This document shows positions 11,641-24,082 of a stretch of DNA of 64,000 bases, one piece after another. Source of the DNA: Antedon mediterranea. Lineage: Eukaryota > Animalia > Echinodermata. Each line of letters opens with the position of its first letter. The stretch's first letter is position 1. The translations under genes and the position numbers were made by a program. Location: the NCBI RefSeq assembly GCF_964355755.1, contig NC_092676.1, positions 9,277,888 to 9,341,887 of the forward strand, written 5' to 3'. The notes beneath the pieces are model-generated. The model was not told where the DNA came from. It searched no databases and was given only the letters and a program-made list of their open reading frames with translations.

Positions 11641-12733
11641 AGTTTGCATGTGATTTGTAGTATTAAACTTTTACTACAATTCATAATTTGAAACTATTTG
11701 GACATAATTATCATATTGTCATTTCTTCTGCCAGAATTGATACCGTACGTACTGGAATTTGATATTTTTTTAAATTTTATGTTTACTTAAATTTTAACAG
11801 AATACTACTAATTTTAATAAACGTTTTCAAAATGCAAAGGTCTCTATCTACGTCTTTTAAAAGCATAACTTAGAATCTTTATCTTTATGGGGCGTTAATG
11901 CTAAATAAGTCTATAAGTATATATAAGTTTATACAGTAGCATAATAGTCATGCTAATTAATATGCTAATTACCAGCTTTCTGAAATTAGTTGACAGAATT
12001 TGCCATTTAAGGAAGATACTAAAAATAAGTTTTTAAAACAGAAACGGACCTTTGACCCTTTCTTGAGGGGTCATGGTACAGGATTTGGCACTTAAGAATT
12101 ACGTTTTCTTGGTTGGACAAACGTACTTATTGCATTTCCGAAGGTTCTGTTGATGTACTCGATTGTGCTAATTAAATGGCTTTCTTAAGTGGACTAGGTA
12201 CATGAGTTGACACTTAAGAATAACGGATCTGCAATTATACATTTTTTCCTTGGTTTTACAGGTGTACTCATTATGTTATTAAGTATAGGTGAGACATATA
12301 TTGACCTTTGACCCTTTCTTAAAGGGTCATGGTTCAGGATTTTCTCAGTTGTGTAAATGTACTTATTGTATTGCCCAAGGTTCCATCGATGTACTCGACC
12401 ATGCTAATTAAAATGCTAATTAACGCTAATTAGTGGCTTTCTTAAGTGGACTAGATACAGGAGTTGACACTTAGGAATTATGAATCTTCAATTAGACCCT
12501 AAAAATAAACATTTTAACATTGGTTTCATTTATGTACTCGATTATGCTAATTAAATCAAATTTTGGGGTATTTGAGCGCCCCTCCCAAGAGTTGGTACAG
12601 GGACGGGAACTTAAAAACGACCGTTTGATGGTCCCTGGACCCTACTTGACATATTCTATGCCTCAGACCTTTTGTACTCGCAATGCTAAACAAATCTTCA
12701 TGGTCTCCCGGACGCGATTTTTTTTCGTACATA

Positions 12734-13546
12734 ATGAAACGTCACAAAATAAACATGAATAATTCATCAGTTAAATTTTCTTGTTCCGTGTGCACCCAAG
12801 CGTATAGCAACAAGAAGCGATTAAGCCTGGTTTCCATTAAAATCGCACAATATGATTCTAGGCCTATCTCCGCTGTGGTTGCGGCGTGCGATTTCATAAA
12901 AGAATAGCGGCGTTTTGTGTGGATTGTCGAAATAATCAGCCTTTAGTTTATGATAGTGTTTTTAATATAATGTATTAATAAAGAATTACGTGTGAAAATA
13001 TAGTTTCTATTAATACTATTAGGCCTAATTATTAGTCTCTAAAGCCTATGTCTATTCTAGAGTAGTCTGTGTGGGTGTGACGTGTGTGTTACTGTTAGGT
13101 ATGACACAGTCCGAGTAATAAGTCAGCAAAATTAAACAATTACATTACACAAAAATACATTTTTTATTCTCGTGGTTCTAATCTTTCCATTTCATGTGTT
13201 CATAATTTAACGCGCATTTTTAAAGTTCATTTGAGTACATGCATATTGTTTGATAATGAAATAGCAGAATTAAAAAATTACAGTACACAAAATATACACA
13301 TTCTTCTTGTGGGTCTATGGGCTATGTCTAATTACTACTTAGTTGAATGTCTTGCCTAGCTGTCGATTAGCCTCGACACATTTTGCATAGGTTGGTGTGT
13401 GAGTGAAGAAGAGTGCGCGAAGGCAATCACATGAATTGACCTCTAGGCCTAGAAAGAATCGTATCGCAGTTGTAATCACTTGTTGCTATACGCTTGGGTA
13501 CACACGGAACAAAAAATTTAACTGATTTTATTTTGTGACGTTTCAT
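12734..13546. mobile_element. MITE with about 80-bp inverted termini
   Basis: atgaaacgtcacaaaataaa...gttccgtgtgcacccaagcgtatagcaacaag versus cttgttgctatacgcttgggtacacacggaac...tttattttgtgacgtttcat. Confidence 0.7.
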
Positions 13547-14119
13547 GAGGGGTGCCCAACTTATGGCCAGGTAAATGTATAGTTAACCACAGATCAGTAA
13601 ACAATCATGGTGAGTAAAATGCAATTTATTTTTCGTCCCGGCGTGGTATTTTTTTTTGTCTTGTGTGAGTTCTTCTCACGTTTATTTAAATTCTCATTGA
13701 TGAATATATTATATACAATAATAAGTACATTTGTGACAATTAAAAGTAAGTGTTTAGAGTAGTTAAAATACCGGTAGGCCTATATTTACATAATAAGATG
13801 CCAGAATTCAGTATTAACCATACATTTTCTCATTTAAAATTTTAGATACGATGTTAATTAAAATGTAGAAATGAAAAATGGCGGTAAAATACATGATTAA
13901 AATTTCTTGTTATAAACTATCTTATTTGTGTTCTTATTTGTGTTCGATTAGAGAGGCTATAAACTCAGGGGAGGAACATGTAGTATCCTCCCTTTTCACC
14001 AAGATAAGATGGATGGAATGAAAAAAAGATGAATGCAATAGGTTGAAAGTTAGTTATTTAGAATGATAGCATGAAATGGTATATTTAATGGAAACCGTAA
14101 GGTTAGAGTTCATACATTG

Positions 14120-15707
14120 AACAAAGGAAAAACAAATGGTATGTGGATTGGTGCGAGTAAACATAATATGTCAGAACCATGTAATATTGCATGGACAAAG
14201 AAACCTGTAAAGTTTCTAGGAATTTATGTTGGATACGATAACAAATTATGTGAAAAGAAAAACAGACGATAAGATTATTTCTTTAGAAAATATCTTAAGA
14301 TTATGGAAAAGAAGAAATCTTACGTTCTTTGGAAAAATTATTATAATTAAAACTCTAGCCATATCTAAACTAATATACAATGCTAGCATTATAACCGTAC
14401 CAAAATATATCTTGCCCAAGGTGGAAAAGATAATATATAGTTTTATGTGGAGTGGCAGACAAGAAAAGATTAAAAGAACCACACTCAATAGAAAAACAGA
14501 TAAAGGTGATTTAAATATGATTAATTTGAATGCAAAAGTCAAAGCATTGAAGCTAAACTGGGTTAAGTGACTCCTTAGCCCAGATCCAGGAAAATGGAAA
14601 TGTATACAGAATTATTTTATGCACCCTATTAAGTATACTGTTAATATCACTCAAATTAACAATGAAGATCATTCTGATCTAAAACTATTGCCTGTTTTCT
14701 ATAGAGAAATGCTAATTGCTATAGTTAATATTAACAACTTTAACTGGTCTGACCCACAAAACATTGAAGACGTTAAAAATCAACAGTTGTGGGAAAATAA
14801 ATGTATACAGTTAAATGGAAAGTCAATCTATTTCAAAGTTTGGCTTGATGCAGGCTTTAGAACAATGAATGACATAATTAAGGAGAATATATTATTACCA
14901 ATGAATGAAGTGTTACCATTACTATCACAGAAACAAAATGGATTAATTGAATATATAGGGCTAATGAATGCCATACCACAATCATGGAAGGAAATTATTT
15001 TGAATGGTGAACATGCAAATAATCAAACAAACACCGATTGCTTTTGGCTTCATACAAAACAACTTAATGCAAAACTATTTTATAATTTATTTGTGGAAAA
15101 TATAATATCAACTCCTTCCTATAGCACAAGAAAAATGGGAGATAGAATTTCAAAATTACACTTTTGCATGGGATACCGTATGGTATAACAAGGTGTTTTC
15201 TATGAAACATATCACAAAAGTCGCGCAATTCAATTTCAAACTACTACATCGTATTCTTGCGTGTAAAAGTAAGTTAAAATTTGGAAACTTTCTATAAATG
15301 ACATATGTGAAAGATGTAATAGTGAAATTGAAAATGAAAAACATTTGTTATTTTCATGTAATAAGATTAAACCCATATGGATTGTATTTAAATTTTTGAT
15401 CTCAAACTGTTTTGTACAAAAGATTGATATAACCTGGCGTAATATTGTTAAAGGATCGGAAACGAAAACTGTAAATGAACTTATTTCAATATTTACTTTT
15501 TGCATTTATAAATCGTGTTTAGTAATAAGAAAAGAAAAGAAACAAAATCAGGAATCAAAAATAATTTGGAGATTATTTTACTATGAATTAAAGCATTTAT
15601 TAACAAATGAATTTATGCATAAGTTACATAAGGCTCAGAAGAAATGGACGAATAACTTAAAAGATAAACTATTAAAACTATCAAAAGACTTGATGTTAAT
15701 AATTTAA
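14120..15707 (+). mobile_element. 5'-truncated L1/Tx1-clade LINE (ORF2 C-terminal part, decayed)
   Basis: KTNGMWIG, VKFLGIY, LWKRRNLTFFGKIIIIKTLAISKLIY, SFMWSG, NAIPQSWK and a CCHC-like CERCNSEIENEKHLLFSC motif. Contains stops and frameshifts. Confidence 0.85.
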
Positions 15708-16273
15708 TTATTTTATTGATTCATTTTTCTTTCTTACCTTATCATAATGGACACAAATCCTATATATCAACGTAAAATATGTTTATAGGCATCATATATA
15801 CCTTTTTAAGATGACAATAGTTCAAATACATATAGCATGTCAATATAATCTGTATGTATTGGTATTTGTTTAACATATATATTTTTCTATATTTGGAATA
15901 TTTTATATCGTATACATGTCAATTTAATCTATAGGTATGTGTATTTGTTCAATATATATACTTCTATATATTTTTATATATTTGCAATATGTTATACCGT
16001 AAATACAAATTGTAAGTAGTAGTTGTACTAAGATGACATCGGGTATGAAGCGTCTCACATACACATAGAGCCAAAATTGCATCTTGGACAGGCGTGGTAT
16101 TTGTTTCTAACATAAGAGCACATGATCACACGCGGAATCACGTCAAACAACATTACGATTGTATTGTATGCATTAGCCTATGTTATCTGACATTAAATAG
16201 CTTGTAGTATGGAAGTTGCTAACATCAATGTTATAGACAGTAGATACCTTAACACATTTTCGTTATCGTGTAG

Positions 16274-16412
16274 TGCTCGGTGACATGCGGTGATGGCATT
16301 GAAACCAGAATTGTAACTTGTCAAAGTTCGGACGACGAACAAGTACTGGATAATTTCGAATGCAATCCAGATACTAAACCGAACGAACAGAAGCCATGCT
16401 TAAAGCCAGAAT
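16274..16412 (+). pseudogene. TSP1 (thrombospondin type 1) exon of ADAMTS-like pseudogene
   Basis: Bounded by AG and GTAAGT; translates CSVTCGDGIETRIVTCQSSDDEQVLDNFECNPDTKPNEQKPCLKPEC. Confidence 0.85.
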
Positions 16413-16504
16413 GTAAGTAGATTTCAGTCTAACCCACTACACTGATAAGATTACGATGACGGTGATATGATTGTGGTTATTAATCGTTCGTCTTTAAATC
16501 ATAG

Positions 16505-16689
16505 GTTGCGGCGAGATATACACAGAAAATTCGGGTTCGCTAATCTCGCCAAATTACCCGAATAAATACATGGCGAATACAGATTGTGTGACATCCAAAT
16601 AACGAGTGGTCGTCAAGTCAAAATCTCGTTTGAAGTGTTCAAATTGCAGAATTCAAAAAATTGCAAAAACGACTATGTCAAAGAAAGGG
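16505..16689 (+). pseudogene. CUB domain 1, first exon (frameshifted)
   Basis: CGEIYTENSGSLISPNYPNKYMANTDC, then a frameshift at about 16588 into DIQITSGRQVKISFEVFKLQNSKNCKNDYVK. Donor site uncertain. Confidence 0.8.
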
Positions 16690-17026
16690 GTAACTCTATT
16701 ATACATATCTGCATAAAAATGCTTTACGTTAAACCATTCTTTAATATACGTACGTGTGCGACGTTGTTGTCAACAAATCTTCGTCTGGCAATGACTAGCT
16801 GTAGAGCATTTATTGTATCGTTTTTGTAGACTCAATACTAATACCGTCAAGGAAGAGTGACACTAATTTCTTCCTGCGAGTGAATAAGTGTTATTGTACA
16901 ATGACAAATGCAATATAGTTAAATAAATATAACATTTGTATTTTGCACTCACTTGCACTTTGCGACTTCTATTTATGCTAACCTTTTAATTCTCGCATGA
17001 ACATCTTATTTTTTAATTTATTTTAG

Positions 17027-17188
17027 TTGACAGATGAAGGAACAGGAACCAATGTGGTTCCCTGAAGCCTTTCCATTGGACGTCAGAAACTCACATGGTA
17101 AAGTTGGAGTTTCACAGCAACAAAGGTACAAACAAAAAAGGATTCCAAGCGGACTATGAGAGCATTGAGACAGAAACGAACGGATATG
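17027..17188 (+). pseudogene. CUB domain 1, second exon (frameshifted)
   Basis: LTDEGTGT, then a frameshift into CGSLKPFHWTSETHMVKLEFHSNKGTNKKGFQADYES. Confidence 0.78.
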
Positions 17189-17552
17189 GTTTGTGGAGTA
17201 TACGTATACTGTGTTTGTTTTTATTACAAGCAAATAGTAGACCTAATTTACTAATTTATATATTTACAATATACTTTGAATGGGCCGAGCCTAAACCCAG
17301 TAGGAAAAGGTTGATTTGCGTGAATAGGGTATTATGCATGTGTATTCATATTTCTATCTACTTCCTGCGACGCGAAAACAAAAATGCACAGCTAATCAGA
17401 CAGATCAGTTCGACGCCATTCACACTATTACATTTTAAATTACATACCTTATATATTGGTTACTGATGTTGCTGGCGGCGTTTATTAAATGTGAAGATAG
17501 TCTATTTAAAAACAAAAATTGAATATATTAAACCATTTTTTCATTCACTTAG

Positions 17553-17740
17553 TGCCAAGTTGCGGTATGACAATGTCTAAAAATGGAGGTATAATTGTGT
17601 CACCAAGCTACCCGGACCCTTACAAAAATAACTTCGAATGTGAAACCATTATCCAACCTAAGCAATCAGATGTTGTTAAACTTACTTTGGAAAAGTTTGA
17701 AGTTGAGTTTCACAACTCTTGTAGATATGATTACTTGCAG
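17553..17740 (+). pseudogene. CUB domain 2, first exon
   Basis: AG/GT bounded; translates PSCGMTMSKNGGIIVSPSYPDPYKNNFECETIIQPKQSDVVKLTLEKFEVEFHNSCRYDYLQ. Confidence 0.85.
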
Positions 17741-17959
17741 GTAGATTAATTCATTATTAAAATATTGTAAAGCAATATAATAAGTAATAAGTAATACCGT
17801 ATTTATTCGAGAATAAACGCCTCGGGGCGTGTTGTTGTGCTATGTTGTTGTAATGCAATACTATTGTGCATATGATTACTTGCAGGTACATTAATTCATT
17901 ATTCAAACATTGTAGAGCAATATAATAAGTAATAAGTAATACCGTATTCCCAGCAAACA

Positions 17960-18900
17960 ATTTTACGTTTTGGTAACGTTATAATTACGTTATTTTTTGG
18001 TTATAAAAACGTTTTCTAATAACGTTGTACGAACGCAAAAATGTCGACCTTTTTATACGACTTTTTAACGTCCAAAATAACGTTCAAAATAACGTGTTTA
18101 TAACGTTTTTTGAACGTCCTCAATAATGTTCATAAATAAACAATTTATACGTATTTATACGTATTTATAACTTCTACAATAACGTTGCACGAACGAGAAA
18201 ATGTCGACCTTTTTATACGACTTTTTAACGTCCAAAATAACGTTCAAAATAACGTGTTTATAACGTTTTTTGAACGTCCTCAATAATGTTCAGAAATAAC
18301 GTGTTAAATACGTATTTATAACTTCTACAATAACGTCGCACGAACGAGAAAATGTCGACCTTTTTATACGACTTTATAACGTCCAAAATAACATTCAAAA
18401 TAACGTGTTTATAACGTCTTTTGAACGTCATCAATAATGTTCATAAATAACGTATTCAAAACGTATATACAACTTCTGCAATAACGTTGATAAAAAACGT
18501 GTCCTAAACGTTTTTTTAACGTTTTATGTAATGTTTGTAAATGACGTGTTTGCAACATGTTTTTAACGTCCAAAATAACATTCATACATAACGTATGCAA
18601 CGCGTTTTTATAACGTCCTAAAAATGTTCACAATTAACGTGTTAGGAACGTGCCTTCTACGTTTGTAAATGACGTATTTGCTACGTGTTTTTAACGTTCT
18701 CAATGTTTTTTAAATAACGTATGTAAGGCGTAATTATGACTTTCGCACATACGAACTAGTAACGTTCATTATAACGTACCAGATACATTTTCAAATCGTA
18801 GTTTGATAATGTTACATCGTAAACTTTTTACCACTGACGACGTATTTATAACGTCCATATTTGACGTCCTGAAAATGTAATACTGTACTTAGTTATATAC
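17960..18900. repeat. Left subterminal AACGT-rich tandem repeats (about 150-160-bp unit)
   Basis: ATGTCGACCTTTTTATACGAC recurs at 18041, 18201 and 18352 and degenerates inward. Confidence 0.85.
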
Positions 18901-19235
18901 AACGATTTGGCTAACGTTACCACATATTATATATAGTGTTCTGCAGATATACGCGTTACATAGCTCGTTATTTGTTAAAACATGTAGTTAGTACTGTATA
19001 AGACATATAAAAACAAGCAATTTAAAATGAAATATTGTTTTTGATTTATTCTATTATCTGATTAAAAAAAGACATAATGTATTGCAAATAGCTTAAGAGG
19101 TAGGAACTTGATTATTATTAGAGAGCTTTCGCTATTTTTGATCAGGAACGAGAACCAGCAGTAATTACCCGTTCTCGATGATACGGAGATCGATAATGAG
19201 AAACATTGTTCTTAAACGAGAATGAGCAAATTTGC

Positions 19236-20778
19236 CTATAAGTCGTCCTCCTCTCTGCTGTCTGGCACATTCCGTTCCTGAAAAGATAACAAATTGTAAA
19301 ACTAGGTAAATAAAATTATCTCTTAGCAGCAAGTCTTTAAAAAAAATGTTAAGTGTTACTTGTTTACAAAATTTTATTATTGTCATTCTAATCGAATTTT
19401 CCCCACGTTTAAATTATAAATGATTTTGGCTATTGACTATTTGGTGTTTTTTATGTGGTTGCACATTCGCTATTAAATTTACATTACAGTATGTAGTTGT
19501 TATGTTTATTTCGTATTGGATAGTGTTGTTGGGTCTAAATACCAAGCCCTATCAGTATAGTACCAGACGTTAGTTGTAATTGGATAGTGTTGTTGGGTCT
19601 AAATACCAAGCCCTATCAGTATTGTACCAGACGTTAGTTGTAATTTACTTTATTCCAACATTTGTATCCCGTAACTTTACATTAATTATTCGTTTGAGGG
19701 CGATGTGTTTTATTGCTTTATATACCACTTGGTGAAACTGAACAATAATGACTAGTATCTTTTAGTTTGTAAACTATTTAGTCTTTAAACTGATGCGGAC
19801 TATAGTAAACTTCATCATTACAATATGAGTGATACGTAAAAGCATGGAGGAATAAGTTATTTCGCCATGGTAAAAAATAAATAAATGATAAATCAAATTA
19901 AATTTATTCTTACCTTGTATCTTGAGCCACCTGGTCAGTTGGGAGCGTGCTTCAGTGTTTCAGCAATCTCTATCTCACATTGCTTCAATTTTTTGTGGGT
20001 GAGCTCGCATACACGATTCTAAAGATGAACAATTTGAATGAGAGTTATTAGTCACAATGTACACATTTAAAACTTTAAAATTCTGTATTAGCAGTAAACA
20101 TTAATGCCATTATGACATAAATTGTTGTTAGTAAATAAACGACTTTTTTAGAAAGTTCAGTACTTTTACATTATGCGCGCGCCGAACACATAAGTACTAA
20201 TGTGCATGAGCACATTTGGTTTTAAGCGTCTAGTATTATTTGTCTTATTTGACCTCCTTTCACACTTCTTTGTTTTTTTTTAAAGTACAAGTATCCCTAT
20301 ATATTTTTTTCAAATTAGTTTGATTACCTTATTGTTTATTACTATGATACCTGTTATCATTGTTTCACATAACTTGTGTGTGAAAAAAATTGAATAAAAG
20401 AAAAGAAAAGAAAGAAAAATTGAACTTCAAATACAAATTGTTAACGGCTACTTAAAAAAGGGGTATATTACCAATCATAGAGTCCTACAGAGAAGCGACC
20501 GATGTTTCCGTTATTTTTTCTATCTTGTCATTTGCTACGATAATAAAAAAAAATATTTCAATAGGCATAGTCTGTGAGAATATACCTGTTAGCCCCCTGG
20601 TCTATAACTTGCCAAAAAACAAAGTATAAATATTAGCAACTACTACTGTATACTTGACAACATTATTTCGCAAGTACTGTAATAATGAAGGTAACTCAAT
20701 GTTTAAATTAGAGCAACTATGACTTACTATGTATTGATACCGACTCTTGAGCCATGCTGTCATCACTTTCACTATCAT
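19236..20778 (-). pseudogene. Decayed spliced DUF4806/BEN-like accessory gene inside the 18-kb element
   Basis: Minus-strand exons with canonical splice sites: 20778-20728 (DDSESDDSMAQESVSIH); 20018-19914 (ESCMRAHP, frameshift, KLKQCEIEIAETLKHAPN*PGGSRYK); 19277-19236 (ERNVPDSREEDDL, stop). The IAExLKHAPxRPGG pattern is recalled from DUF4806-type proteins. Confidence 0.6.
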
Positions 20779-21629
20779 CTATAATTAAATTAAAAATAAC
20801 ACATTATTAATTTAACATAAGTCTTTGTTTAAATTGATTTTCTTTTAAACGCTTAACTTAATTACTGTTTGGTTCCATTTTTTCCAAAAGTATTCCCAAG
20901 ATGAGAAAGAGAAAACATTGACAGTATGGGTTTTGCTAAACCCCGCAAACCTCCCAAAAAACATAGCAAACCCCACTGAACTAATATAAAAGTGATTGAA
21001 TCATGTACTGTACGACCCACTGGGTATATCCATGTAAAAAAAAAAAATTAAATTTCTACTGTTAACTACTTATTTTGGGAGTAAAAAGAGAAAATAAAAT
21101 ATTAAATTGTTGTAAAAATACTTTTAACTGAAATGTTTAAATGAATATTTAAATTAAACATATTGAAATCTTTTTTAAATGGAGAAATACATTTGATTGT
21201 TTAATTAAGGAAATGCATGGAAGAGTTGGCAAGTAAGCGACTTTTTTATTTTTAAATATTCATCTACAAAAGGGAGCCGGACTCATTTTAAACTGAATAA
21301 ATCATATAACATAAAAATGACATAATGTTTTAGCAAAAAAAAAACAGTAAATTGTCAGCATGTTAAGTTAGTACTGTAGCATATTTAAAACAACAAACAA
21401 GTGCAATTTTGTGAATGATAAATAAAAATAACTCACCGAAAATGTGTCTATAAAATAGAAGTTGATGATGATTTGGTTTTGATTGAGTTATTTTAGGCTA
21501 TGCAGTCTTCTAAAATCTGTACAAAAAATGTTGATAGTCATAGTCACCTTTTCAAATTAGTAAAGGTCTTGAGTTATTTCATATTTCAAGAATGTTTTTA
21601 ATGATGAATTTATCGGGTGCCGAATTAAT

Positions 21630-21940
21630 CTAGCCAAAGCCTGATATATAAAGAGTTACGACATTGGATTATACTGTAGTCACGTGATATGTAGATCAAT
21701 TTTATGTCAAACTTGTCTCCGTTAATACCATTAATAAAATTAATTACTAAAATAAAAACGGAATATAAGCGTTATTTCATAGACAAAAAAATCTAAAAAT
21801 AATGCATGAACTACAGGAAAATGCTCTATATATGGCTCTTGATACAAAATAGACGGGCGCGCCCTCAGCGTGCGAATTCTTTGACACAAAAATGGCTTCT
21901 AATTTTCAATGTCGTAACTCTTTATATATATGGCTCTGGT
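21630..21940. mobile_element. MITE of the CAGAGCCATATATA family
   Basis: atatataaagagttacgacattg versus caatgtcgtaactctttatatatatggctctgg. Same family at 40647-41185. Confidence 0.65.
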
Positions 21941-24082
21941 CAAAGCTAGACATTAAGGTCGTGCTAACAGTGAACAATTTACATGGTTTAGAAACTACTG
22001 TACTATTCATTTAGCAAAAAAACATATGCATGTTATATTTAATGGATCTCACTCCATCATCATGACCATTTATAACTATTAAGTTAATTTACAACTTTAT
22101 AACATTAGTAAGTAATGATAATATAAACGAAACCTAGTCTATAGGCCCATCCTTTGTAAATACTAAATAGTTTAATAAGTACGGTAATTAAACGTCAAAT
22201 GTGATCACTGCAAAACTGTAACAGTTTATAACCAGGTCTAGGCTAGGCCTAGTAGTAAGCCTAATTAGATTTGGTTTTCTAAAAAGGTAGTATAAATGTA
22301 ACATCGCAAAATTGTATTATTTATTGATAATGTATTCCAAACAATAAATAAATAAACCATGTTATGTTAAATAAATATTCACGGATTTTTTAATATCTAG
22401 TAACATAGAGATATTATAATATCTATTATCTATTATACACTATAATATCTCTATGCTAGTAATTACATGATAAGCAACCTACATTGCATTGTTTTCTGTA
22501 GGAAAAGATACAAAGCATCGTCGATTAACCAAAAATTAAAAAGCCTCAATATATAACGATTAATGAAACAATAACTCACCGCAAATATATTGGCTTGATA
22601 GAAGTTGTTGTTGATAATAATTAGGATAGTTTACTTGATTTTTTGAACGAGCTTCTCTTTTTCCGCAGCAGAATGCAAGTGACACGTATGTATTTAGAAT
22701 TTAAATCCCGCGCCGTGTCGAATTTATTATTCTGAGCTCCGTCTGTGATTGGTTGATACCCTGATAAATTATTTAAGAAGGCGCAGTGCCGATGACTCAA
22801 GCAAGCTTTTTAAATGGCGACGTTTCACCTCCACGAATACAATTATTTATTTTGAACAAATAATGTTTGTAGCTCTAAAACAAATTGACTAGACTTCTAT
22901 AGTTTGAACCTATACTTTATAGATCCATGGTTTGATCAACCCAGTATTATTGTAGACTATTTAGCCCTATTTTAGCATTCCCTATTTAGCATTATTGCGC
23001 TTCATTTATGATTATCATAACCCTTTATTAGTAGATTTTATATTATGTGAAACTTTAGTCTATACTCTATATGTAGCTCTTCACAAAATAATAACAATAA
23101 TAACTTAAACCCAGGTTCTCAATTTCAGCTACAAAATCGATGAAACACAGAATTCCAATAGAATAGAAAATGCTTTTTTTTAATTATAACACAACTGCTT
23201 ACTTTTAAAACTCAATACTAACTACACAGAGATCTGACTCATATATCCAATTTCACAGTATTCCATGATAACACAGGCTATAAAACTTTCTTATTCCCCA
23301 CCACAAAACCCACAAAATTGACCAGTTGTTATGGAAACCTAGATAAAGGAGGTACAATCTTAATTAATTCAGAGTGTGGAATGTGTAAAATCAAACTATC
23401 ATTGAGGATATACAAGCTACTAAGTAAATATGAACTTAAATACAATAAGATAACAAACAATACTGCTTTTAGAATATCGCTACATATAGATATTTATCAC
23501 CATTCCTAGAGCCTAATAATTGAATTTCTTTTTATTCGTAAATTTAAATTTACTTATTTATTGGATAGAACATCCCATAAAGAGCTTTTATCTTTAGATT
23601 TACTTGTACAAGTTAATAACGTTGACCTTATACTTTATTCTGTAATTGTTGGCTTTCTGGAAATTAACGACCTTACATTCTTGTAATGTATGATCAAGTT
23701 ACCGACATTAGCAATAAGCTGATCAACAGGTTAACTATGCATTATTCAACAGTAGGCCACTGGCCCAAGTACCATAATATAAAATAATAGGCCTACATAA
23801 AATTAAATGTAAGTAGCAGTAAAAGCATAATAGTTAGTTTTCTTTTTATATGCGAAAAGGGCAAATTATACCAGGTTATTGATACTTTTTTATTTTTGTT
23901 ATTCATTAGTAAAAATATAAACTTTTCTCATTTTTCAAAAAGCAGTGACTAATTTCTTTGTAGTTTGGACATACTCAAACAAAGTGATATTCATTTCAAC
24001 CTCGTTACATTTGCAAACTTTTTATCTAAAGAACGGAAATAAATTTGATATGTGACATATGTGTCATACAAGTCAAATTATA

